Shown here: positions 56,324-64,000 of the stretch, in pieces
Numbering within the stretch: position 1 is the first letter of the stretch
Layout of the letters: the number at the start of each line of letters is the position of its first letter
Source of the DNA: Nostoc sp. DedQUE12a
GTDB taxonomy: Bacteria; Cyanobacteriota; Cyanobacteriia; Cyanobacteriales; Nostocaceae
Direction: 5' to 3'
Assembly (NCBI GenBank): GCA_034530795.1
Contig: JAVRCH010000059.1
Location: 847 to 64,846 of the forward strand
Length of the DNA: 64,000 bases
Program-made: the position numbers and the translations under genes
The notes under the pieces: model-generated
Databases searched by the model: none
What the model saw: the letters and a program-made list of their open reading frames with translations, nothing else
Told to the model about the DNA's origin: nothing

Positions 56324-59119
56324 ATGCTATACAAGCACCATCGACAAAAGCTGTTGAAATCGATCGCACTATTCTTAATTGGAACATTTCTGCAATTTTT
56401 GTTTTACATCCCAACACCAGTCTTATCCCAAAATTCCAATAACTGTAGCAATATTACAATTCCTCTGACACCTGAAGAACAAACTTACGCTCGTGCTGCT
56501 TGGCAGTATTTTGTGAAAAATTATCAGCCAGCAACGGGATTTACCAATTCTACTGGGGGTTATCCTTCCGGTACGCTTTGGGATATGGGGAATTACCTGA
56601 TGGCGTTGAATGCTGCACGCTGGTTGAATCTTACTGACCAAGCAGACTTTGATACTCGCCTGAATAAGTTTTTGACGACTCTTAGCAGCCTGAAGTTATT
56701 TGAGGATGCCTTACCTAATAAAGTCTATAACGCAGCTACCGGACAGATGGTTGATTATGGCAACAATCCCATTGAACGGGGTATTGGCTGGTCTGCTTTG
56801 GATGTCGGTAGAATCCTGGCTGCGTTTGATGTGATTCGCAGCTGTCATCCGCAATATAAGGATTGGCTCAAGGGCATTGTAGCAAAGTGGCAGGTAGGGC
56901 GATCGCTCAAAGACGAACAACTTTTTGGCGCTACTGTTCTGACTGACAACAAAACGTTATTGGTGCAAGAAGGACGACTCGGCTACGAAGAATACGCCGC
57001 TAGAGGTTATCAACTTTGGGGCTTCTCTGCACCGAAAGCTATTGCTTTTGAGCCGTTTAAGCTAGTGGAAATTAATGGCGTCCAAATTCCCGTTGATACC
57101 CGTGATTTTCAAAGCACTAACGCCAATAATTACGTTGTGAGTGAGTCTTATATTCTTGATGGTATTGAATTTGGTTTGCAAGGTCAGTTAGCTGATTTTG
57201 CTGCTAGAGTTTTGGATGTCCAAAAACGCCGTTACGATACTACAGGTCAGTTAACTGCGGTTACAGAAGACAATATTGACCAAGCACCCTATTTTCTCTA
57301 CAACACTGTCTACGCCAACGGTACAAACTGGGCAACAATTACCGACGCTAACCAGCCTTATCCCCAGTTTCGCAGCATCAGCACCAAAGCTGCTTTTGGT
57401 TGGCGCTATCTTTTTCCTGATAATGCCTACGCCCAAAAACTTTTTGATGCTGTTAAGGATCTCCGCAGTCCTGATGATGGTGGCTACTATGCTGGTATTT
57501 ATGAAGAATCAAAGCAACCCAATAAAGCTTTGACAGGTAATACTAATGGGCTAATTTTGGAGATTTTATACTACAAAGCTAGGGGAAATCGCCCTTTAAT
57601 TGCCTCTGGTACTGTGAGTGTGTCTACTGGTAAGCCCAGTGAGAATGCAACACCCTCAAATCAAGCGAATTCTACTGTTACGCCTCCTACCCCAACCCCT
57701 GCGGATACTTCTAAAATTACAGAAGTGGCTGTTGCACCGATTCCACCAGTGGGTAGTCCGCAACCATCATCTAATCTCAAATTAGAAAGACCACTATCGG
57801 TAATTGAAAAACGCTATGCAGAGGCGGCTTGGCGATACTTTCAAGCTAATTATCACTCCAAAAATGGCTTAGTTGACGATCGCAGCGATTTCAAAGGTGC
57901 AACTCTCTGGGGCTTAGGAGATTATCTGGCAGCCCTCCATGCAGCGCGATCGCTCGATATAATTAACCCCAAAGAATTTGACGGACGCACCCGACATTTA
58001 TTAGCAGCCTTGACAAAATTACCTTTATTTGCTGGTGAGTTACCGAGTCGGGGTTACGATACTAGAACGCTGCAATCAGTGGATTATGGTGGAAATCCGA
58101 TTCCAGAAGGAAATGGCTGGTCGGCTTTAGATTTGGGCAGGATGCTGGCGGCGCTTTATAACTTAAAAACCTGTCATCGAGAATACACGGCTGCGGTAGA
58201 TAAAATTGTGCTGGATTGGTCATACTTGCGTGTGGTACGGGAAGGTATTCTTTCGAGTGCTACTGTTAGCAAAGAAGAAGATGGGCGATATCTTACTCGC
58301 GTCAACCCTGAAACCCGCTTAGGTTATGAAGAATATGCCGCTCGTGCTTTTCAATTATGGGGGTTTAATGTTGAGGGTTCTGCTGTTGGTGGTGAATATC
58401 AAACTGCCTCAGTAGAGGGGGTGAAAGTACCAATTCAACGCCGCCGCACAGATACTAACTCCAAAAACCAATATACAGTTAGCAATCCGTTCTTACTCTA
58501 TGCTTTGGAATTTGGACTAGATCCACAAATGCGATCGCTTTTTGAGCCGATTTTCCAAGCGCAAGCCGAACGTTATCGTCGCACCGACACTCTCACAGCC
58601 TCAGCTACCACGCTAATCGATCGCAAGCCTTACACTGTCCACAGTACAATTACTGGGCAAGGCGATGCTTGGGTAGCTTTAGGAGATGACGGTCAACCCG
58701 TACCCAAAGGACGATTAGTAAGTACAGCAGTAGCTTTTGCTTATCATGCTTTGCTTCCAGAAAATAAGTATAGTCAAGAATTACTACAAGCAACAACTGA
58801 TTTATATAATCCATCGGCTGGATTTTATGAAGGCTTCTATGAAACCACGGGTAAAACGGCAGTTGGTTTCACTAGCAGCACCAACAGTATGATTTTGCAA
58901 TCCTTGTTGTACAAAGTGATGAATGAACAACCTCTAATTCGTCCGGCTACCACCATGAAGTCTCCTTGGTGGGTGGCAGTAAGTAAGGGAAATTCCGGGC
59001 GAGGTTTGCCCAACACTGCAATCCAACGAACCAAGTTAATTTCTGATGGTTCTGGAAGTTACTGGGCTTCAGCTAGCAAAAATACTCAACTAGTAACTGG
59101 TACAAAAGTCACAGAATAA
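56324..59119 (+). CDS. secreted protein with two tandem DUF3131-like domains
   Basis: N-terminal TM/signal segment. The internal duplication is visible directly: YARAAWQYFVKNY / YAEAAWRYFQANY; GNNPIERGIGWSALDVGRILAA / GGNPIPEGNGWSALDLGRMLAA; RLGYEEYAARGYQLWGF / RLGYEEYAARAFQLWGF. The family name is from recollection. Confidence 0.7.
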   Translation: MLYKHHRQKLLKSIALFLIGTFLQFLFYIPTPVLSQNSNNCSNITIPLTPEEQTYARAAWQYFVKNYQPATGFTNSTGGYPSGTLWDMGNYLMALNAARWLNLTDQADFDTRLNKFLTTLSSLKLFEDALPNKVYNAATGQMVDYGNNPIERGIGWSALDVGRILAAFDVIRSCHPQYKDWLKGIVAKWQVGRSLKDEQLFGATVLTDNKTLLVQEGRLGYEEYAARGYQLWGFSAPKAIAFEPFKLVEINGVQIPVDTRDFQSTNANNYVVSESYILDGIEFGLQGQLADFAARVLDVQKRRYDTTGQLTAVTEDNIDQAPYFLYNTVYANGTNWATITDANQPYPQFRSISTKAAFGWRYLFPDNAYAQKLFDAVKDLRSPDDGGYYAGIYEESKQPNKALTGNTNGLILEILYYKARGNRPLIASGTVSVSTGKPSENATPSNQANSTVTPPTPTPADTSKITEVAVAPIPPVGSPQPSSNLKLERPLSVIEKRYAEAAWRYFQANYHSKNGLVDDRSDFKGATLWGLGDYLAALHAARSLDIINPKEFDGRTRHLLAALTKLPLFAGELPSRGYDTRTLQSVDYGGNPIPEGNGWSALDLGRMLAALYNLKTCHREYTAAVDKIVLDWSYLRVVREGILSSATVSKEEDGRYLTRVNPETRLGYEEYAARAFQLWGFNVEGSAVGGEYQTASVEGVKVPIQRRRTDTNSKNQYTVSNPFLLYALEFGLDPQMRSLFEPIFQAQAERYRRTDTLTASATTLIDRKPYTVHSTITGQGDAWVALGDDGQPVPKGRLVSTAVAFAYHALLPENKYSQELLQATTDLYNPSAGFYEGFYETTGKTAVGFTSSTNSMILQSLLYKVMNEQPLIRPATTMKSPWWVAVSKGNSGRGLPNTAIQRTKLISDGSGSYWASASKNTQLVTGTKVTE

Positions 59120-59210
59120 ATAGAAAGGCAACTAACTCAGGACTTATGCCCAGTCTACGGAAAACCTAAACCCAAAGTGGTTACTTAGGCTACTAAAGAG
59201 GATATTACTA

Positions 59211-59271
59211 CTTGTGGGGTGGACATCTTGTCCGCCCTTCCTTACCGACGACGAGACACCTACCCCACAAG
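59211..59271. repeat. nested-hairpin dispersed repeat
   Basis: The arms cttgtggggt (59211-59220) and accccacaag (59262-59271) enclose ggacatcttgtcc. This is a repeat type common in Nostoc intergenic DNA. Confidence 0.6.
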
Positions 59272-59736
59272 AAAAGTTGAGTGTTTTTATTTGGAAATCC
59301 GTAATCGCAAAACTCTGTGTGTTAATAACCAGTTGTATTTGGGAATACTTGTACATGAGTCAATGTATTCATATCATGTCCACCTAATCAGTTATCAAAA
59401 ACTCTCTGCGTCTGGCGTGTCCCTCCGTCCTTCATATTTTTTGGGATGTTGCTACACGCAGCATCTCCTTGAAGAAAAGTTCCGATCTAAAAAAGCCTGA
59501 GATTTTGATTTCTCTTTGTATTAGCCCTAATGATAAATCTTGAACCAGACACGATCTCAGTAGCTTGTACGACCAATAGACATCTCGATTTAAAATCCCT
59601 AGCTAGTTATTCCTTTAAATCTATTTTCAAAAATCATGCTGATAGACAGAGTGTAAAAAATGGCTATTATTAATTCTTTCTCTACGATAAAGTACGCAAA
59701 CATAATCTAAAATCTAAAATCCAAAATATTACTAAG

Positions 59737-61719
59737 ATGACATCAGTTTCTATTATTGATAACTCCGCAAATTTTTCCGGTAATAGCCGCTCTTTACTCA
59801 AAAAAAGAACGCTGTTATTTCGTTATTTGGCAGAAATAAATTTAATTTTTGGTATCTGGTATTTGCAATGGCGCATTACTCATTCTATTAATTTTGATGC
59901 ACTTTGGATTTCTATCCCGTTGCTAGTAGCAGAAATTTATAGCTATTTCGGTGGGGTAATGTTTGTAATTGGGTTGTGGCGGCCTTTAGTTAGACAAATT
60001 AAATCTCTTGACCAAATGACCCCACCGATACCTAGATCTGACTGGCCAACAGTGGATGTATTTATTACGTGCTACAACGAGCCGCCAGAAATTGTACAAG
60101 AAACAGCTAAAGCTGCTTTAGCAATGGATTACCCGCCAACCAAGTTACGTGTTTATGTGCTAGATGACGGTAACTCGGCTGATATGCGAACAATGACGGA
60201 AAGATTGTGTATTGAGGATTTGCAGTCATCACAACTACAGCAGGAAGCAGAACGAATTGATGCAGAACGCTGTTCTTTGTTGGAACGCTTGAAGCAACTG
60301 GAAAATCTCACACCTAACACTCAAGCTGCTGAAGAATGGCTGCAAGGATCGTCAGAACCAGAGGTCAACCAATTTGCTAGCGAATTTGTGAAAAGCCTGC
60401 GACAGTTTATTCTTTGGTTACCTCCACAACATCAAAGTATGAGGGAACGCCTCACTACCGAACGCAAAGCCTTAGAAGAAGCTATTCGCAAAAAAGAACT
60501 AGAATTAGTTGAACTGGCTCGTTTTCGCTACATTGCTCGTCCCAAGCCAGCTGGTGTACCCCATCACGCTAAAGCGGGTAACCTCAATTACGCAATTTTT
60601 TCTGGAGAAACTTCTGGAGAGTTTATTCTCACCTTAGATGCTGACCATATTCCCAAACCACAATTTATTAAGCGAGTTCTGCCTTATTTCTACACTTATA
60701 ATCTTTTCACAGGGAAATATGACCAGAATCAAATTGCTTTTGTCCAGACCCGCCAGGATTTTTACAACATTCCTCCAGGCGATCCTTTTGGACATCGAGC
60801 AAATTTATTTTATGGCCCGCTGCAACAAGGTAAAGATGGCATGAATGCTGCTTTTTATACAGGCACGAATGCACTTTTGAGGCGGGAAGCACTGATTAGT
60901 GTAGGACTGCAATATTTTGCTGATGAATTTGCCAAAGATGAAAAACGTTTAAATGAATTTCAATTAATTGGTGGCGTATCCAGCAACAGTATTACAGAAG
61001 ATATGAATACAGCAATGCGTCTACATGGCGCTGGATGGAAATCTATTTATCATCATGAATTGTTAGCAGAAGGTTTAGCACCAGATGACCTCAGTTCTAC
61101 TCTTAAACAACGGCTACGCTGGGCACAAGGAACTATTCAAGTGCTGCTGAGAGAAAATCCATTAACAAAACCAGGGCTAAGTTTTTGGCAGAGATTACAT
61201 TATTTTAAAACCATGTATAGCTATTTTTCTGGTTTTGCGACTCTGGTTTTTATTTCTTGTCCAATTATCTATTTTTTTACCGATATTATTCCAGTTAAAA
61301 CCTACGGCCCGGATTTTGCCATACACTTTTTCCCAGCTTTTATTATCAATCGCTTGACTTTCCTTGCAGCCACTTGGGGGATTCCGGCTGGAGAAGTTTG
61401 GCGTTCAGAACAATACGCGATCGCTCTATTTCCCTTATTAATCCAAGCCGTATGGAGTGTATTTACAGGACAAAAACTCAATTTCCAAGTAACGCCTAAA
61501 CAACGACAATCTGGCATTTATATCCGGCTAGTTTGGCCACAGGTTGTTGTTTTTATCTTGACCATTTTGGGAATATTATGGAGCCTTTATCGGTTTGCAA
61601 CAGGCCATCTAAATTATCCTGAAGTTCACTTACTCAATGGTGCATGGGCTATTTATAACTTGTTACTTTTGTCGGCCATCATCCGCGCATCTGTTTGGCA
61701 ACCTCCGAAAGAGGTGTAA
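59737..61719 (+). CDS. processive family-2 glycosyltransferase, cellulose-synthase-like (plant CesA/Csl-like features)
   Basis: VFITCYNEP, VLDDG, HHAKAGNLN, LTLDADH, ITEDMNT and QRLRWAQG (QxxRW), with N- and C-terminal TM bundles. A coiled-coil insert of about 115 aa lies between VLDDG and HAKAGN. Confidence 0.85.
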   Translation: MTSVSIIDNSANFSGNSRSLLKKRTLLFRYLAEINLIFGIWYLQWRITHSINFDALWISIPLLVAEIYSYFGGVMFVIGLWRPLVRQIKSLDQMTPPIPRSDWPTVDVFITCYNEPPEIVQETAKAALAMDYPPTKLRVYVLDDGNSADMRTMTERLCIEDLQSSQLQQEAERIDAERCSLLERLKQLENLTPNTQAAEEWLQGSSEPEVNQFASEFVKSLRQFILWLPPQHQSMRERLTTERKALEEAIRKKELELVELARFRYIARPKPAGVPHHAKAGNLNYAIFSGETSGEFILTLDADHIPKPQFIKRVLPYFYTYNLFTGKYDQNQIAFVQTRQDFYNIPPGDPFGHRANLFYGPLQQGKDGMNAAFYTGTNALLRREALISVGLQYFADEFAKDEKRLNEFQLIGGVSSNSITEDMNTAMRLHGAGWKSIYHHELLAEGLAPDDLSSTLKQRLRWAQGTIQVLLRENPLTKPGLSFWQRLHYFKTMYSYFSGFATLVFISCPIIYFFTDIIPVKTYGPDFAIHFFPAFIINRLTFLAATWGIPAGEVWRSEQYAIALFPLLIQAVWSVFTGQKLNFQVTPKQRQSGIYIRLVWPQVVVFILTILGILWSLYRFATGHLNYPEVHLLNGAWAIYNLLLLSAIIRASVWQPPKEV

Positions 61720-61721
61720 AG

Positions 61722-61836
61722 AGACCTCTTGCAAAAGTGTTTTTTGCACTCTTGTGGGAAAAGGTTAAAGGGGAAAGGAAAATACCAAACCTTTCCCCCT
61801 TTCCCTTTCCCCTTTCCCCGACTTCTGCAAGAAGTC
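61722..61836. repeat. MITE-like dispersed repeat (family A), full copy
   Basis: gacctcttgcaaaagtgttttttgcactcttg...ggaaaataccaaacctttccccctttccctttcccctttccccgacttctgcaagaagtc. It starts 3 nt after the GT2 stop codon. Confidence 0.75.
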
Positions 61837-61891
61837 TAAGGAGCAGGGGAGACAGAGGATAAGGAAAGTAACTCAGCACTCTCAATACCAA

Positions 61892-62617
61892 ATGACAAAC
61901 TCGAAAACAGCCATGAATACTCATTTAGACTGTAACAACTTTGGTCAGCGAACTGTATTAACAATTTATGCTCATGCTGATGATGAAGTTCTACCTGCTG
62001 CTGGTACTCTCAGCTTGATGTCTAAGGCAGGGTGGAATGTTCGTTGCTTAATTTTGACTGATGGTAGTCTTTCTAGTTCATCTATTAAGGGTACACGTCA
62101 TCAAGAAGCAGATGCAGCTGGTAAAATTATCGGTGCAAATTACGAATTTTATGCGCTTGAGGAGTGTAACTTTTCGACACAAGCAGTAATTAAAGTTACT
62201 GAAGAAGCTATTGTGCGTTCGCATCCAGATTTGATTATTACTCACGCACCACAACCTGAAAAATATGGCCATAGAGATCATGAAGTGTGTGCGATCGCAG
62301 TTTCTAATGTTGCTACCCGCAAAAACATACCTTTGTGGTATTCAGCACCGCCTGTTTTTTTGCGTGGTTTTGAACCAAATTTTTTTGTCGATATAACTTC
62401 TGTAATTGAAGAAAAAGTAGCTGCTATTGGTTGTTATGAATCAGAAGCAAATAAAGCATTTATGCAACTGGATTCCATACTTGTTTTGTCTCGATTTTGG
62501 GCACGAGAATTAGGTCAAAAAGATGGATATTTTGAAGCTTTTGAAATTTCTCGGCAATGGGTTGACGCTAGCTTTTTCAGTGCGATCGCTAATAGTAATA
62601 AACAAGTAATAAAATAG
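61892..62617 (+). CDS. PIG-L/LmbE-family deacetylase
   Basis: LTIYAHADDEVL (AHxDDE motif) and HRDH zinc-ligand motif. 241 aa. Confidence 0.8.
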   Translation: MTNSKTAMNTHLDCNNFGQRTVLTIYAHADDEVLPAAGTLSLMSKAGWNVRCLILTDGSLSSSSIKGTRHQEADAAGKIIGANYEFYALEECNFSTQAVIKVTEEAIVRSHPDLIITHAPQPEKYGHRDHEVCAIAVSNVATRKNIPLWYSAPPVFLRGFEPNFFVDITSVIEEKVAAIGCYESEANKAFMQLDSILVLSRFWARELGQKDGYFEAFEISRQWVDASFFSAIANSNKQVIK

Positions 62618-62850
62618 AATAGGGTTTTTTCAGCTAATCTGCTGAAATATTTCACTATAGTTATTGGTCATTGGACAAATGATTAACGATCAAAACATAC
62701 CTCGTGAATCACATTGCAATATTTATATATCTTAATAATATTTAAATTTATAACTTTATAAACAAAAATATTTTTATAGCTATTGCAGTTTGTATTAATT
62801 TGATGCCAGAATAATAACATATTTAAAAAAAATAGTTGGAGAATTCATCC

Positions 62851-63180
62851 ATGAATATGAGCGTAACTGTACTAGAATTATCTGGAATCTTAGATGGTAT
62901 TAGGGGTAATGAATTGCGTCGTGAAGTTAGTAATGTTGTGGACACTGGAACAAATATTTTATTGTTAGATTTAAAAAATGTAAAGTTTATTGATAGTTCT
63001 GGTTTAGGTGCTTTAGTATCAGCAATGCAAATAGTACGAAAAAATGATGGGCAACTTTTTATCTGTTCGATAAATGACCAAGTTAAGATGTTATTTCAAC
63101 TGACTAAAATGGATAGGATTTTCCAAACTTTTGCTGACCAAGAGGAATTCAATCGTCAAGTACTAGCAACGCAAAATTGA
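62851..63180 (+). CDS. STAS-domain anti-sigma-factor antagonist
   Basis: LLLDLKNVKFIDSSGLGALV contains the conserved phosphorylatable Ser context. Start moved to the ATG at 62851. Confidence 0.8.
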   Translation: MNMSVTVLELSGILDGIRGNELRREVSNVVDTGTNILLLDLKNVKFIDSSGLGALVSAMQIVRKNDGQLFICSINDQVKMLFQLTKMDRIFQTFADQEEFNRQVLATQN

Positions 63181-63342
63181 ATATGCTAATCTAGTTTACC
63201 TTTGCAATTTACTTGCTTCCATAAACGAGTATCTAAAAACGCAATTAATCGCATCTATAAAGAACATAAAATCAGATTCTTCGGGTTCATGGCAAGTTTT
63301 TCATGCAATTTAATAGAGATTATATATCTAAATTTAAGGTTA

Positions 63343-64000
63343 CTAGCCAAAGTTAACCTTTACTAAAGATAAATCATCATTAAGATTATCTTGAGCATTG
63401 AAACCGAGAATATTTGTTAATAACTGATTGAGGTTACAGATATCTGTTTGGCTATATTTCATTAGTAAGTTAATGAAAGCATCAAGACCTAAAATCTTGC
63501 CATCTGGCTGATTAATTTCATAAGCTCCATCGCTAAATATATATAAATTACTGTTTTCTTTGACTTCAAAAACAGCATTTTGAAATTCAATATCAGGTAA
63601 AAAGCCAATTGGTAAATCTAAAGAATTTAGCTGTTGAATTTCGATATTTTTTGTAGAGTTACTAGATAAAAGTAAAGCAGGTGGATGTCCAGCGTTGGCG
63701 TAAATAAGTTGGCGTTTGAGGCGGTGATAAACTCCATACCAAATTGTGAAGTATTTATCACCGTGTTTCCTCATTTGGAAGGCGTGATTGAGGGCTTTTA
63801 GGACTTCACTGGGTTGAGAAAAGTTGGTGTTTGGTAGAGATTGCGATCGCAATACATTCAGCACCGATACAGACAACAGTGCTGAACCAACTCCATGTCC
63901 TGATACATCTAATAAATAAATCGCTAAGCGATCGTCATCGAGCCAATTATGGCCAAAGCAATCACCGCCTAGCTGTGCTGAAGGAATAAACAAATTTTCT
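63343..64000 (-). CDS. PP2C/SpoIIE-family serine phosphatase, C-terminal domain; N-terminus outside the window
   Basis: GGDCFG, LLDVSGHGVGSALLS, ANAGHPP and SDGAYE are SpoIIE/PP2C motifs. The frame is open to the window edge. Confidence 0.8.
   Translation of the reverse strand, partial: ENLFIPSAQLGGDCFGHNWLDDDRLAIYLLDVSGHGVGSALLSVSVLNVLRSQSLPNTNFSQPSEVLKALNHAFQMRKHGDKYFTIWYGVYHRLKRQLIYANAGHPPALLLSSNSTKNIEIQQLNSLDLPIGFLPDIEFQNAVFEVKENSNLYIFSDGAYEINQPDGKILGLDAFINLLMKYSQTDICNLNQLLTNILGFNAQDNLNDDLSLVKVNFG

Noticed and set aside
59120-59736. c-di-GMP riboswitch or other structured leader upstream of the CesA-like gene
   Set aside because: I could not find GEMM-like conserved elements. The visible hairpins match dispersed repeat types. 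A covariance-model scan would be needed to be sure.
1-64000. tRNA, rRNA or tmRNA genes
   Set aside because: A visual scan of every intergenic region found no acceptor/T-arm-like sequences or rRNA-like conserved blocks. tRNAscan or Infernal would give a definitive answer.

Overview
This 64 kb window looks like chromosome from a filamentous, heterocyst-forming cyanobacterium (Nostoc/Anabaena type). I infer this from three things: very frequent GCGATCGC (HIP1) sites, many 7-bp tandem (STRR-like) arrays, and an operon resembling fraC-fraD-fraE. I support about 55 protein genes. Housekeeping genes include acnB, purN, a plant-type ferredoxin, a double-domain cob(I)yrinic acid a,c-diamide adenosyltransferase (CobO type), a PBP4 carboxypeptidase and a penicillin/AHL-acylase homologue. 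There is an organosulfur-scavenging cluster at 39.3-46.3 kb and a polysaccharide cluster at 56.3-62.6 kb, made of a duplicated DUF3131 protein, a plant-CesA-like GT2 synthase and a PIG-L deacetylase. Small accessory modules are also present: PIN, HicAB, DUF433/DUF5615, Uma2 and a GmrSD-like type IV restriction enzyme. No rRNA, tRNA or CRISPR array was found. The main candidate for a new system is a strongly AT-rich two-gene cassette on the minus strand (49644-55938). It encodes a 1315-aa DinG/XPD-like SF2 helicase with a split core and a C-terminal PD-(D/E)xK-like motif. Its stop is one nucleotide from the start of a 781-aa protein in which I recognise no domain. The layout recalls pPIWI-RE systems (helicase + REase + PIWI), but I cannot confirm that without profile or structure searches. 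Other points of interest: a 3.8 kb TA/restriction islet bounded by a relic copy of the acnB 3' end; a 39-bp repeat inserted in-frame in the acylase pro-peptide region; two non-coding 21-bp tandem arrays; a MITE-like family with at least 6 copies; an Rpn/DUF4351-type gene split by two small insertions that can be excised in silico to restore the frame; and several decayed gene remnants. All family names come from motifs read by eye and from memory, not from database searches.
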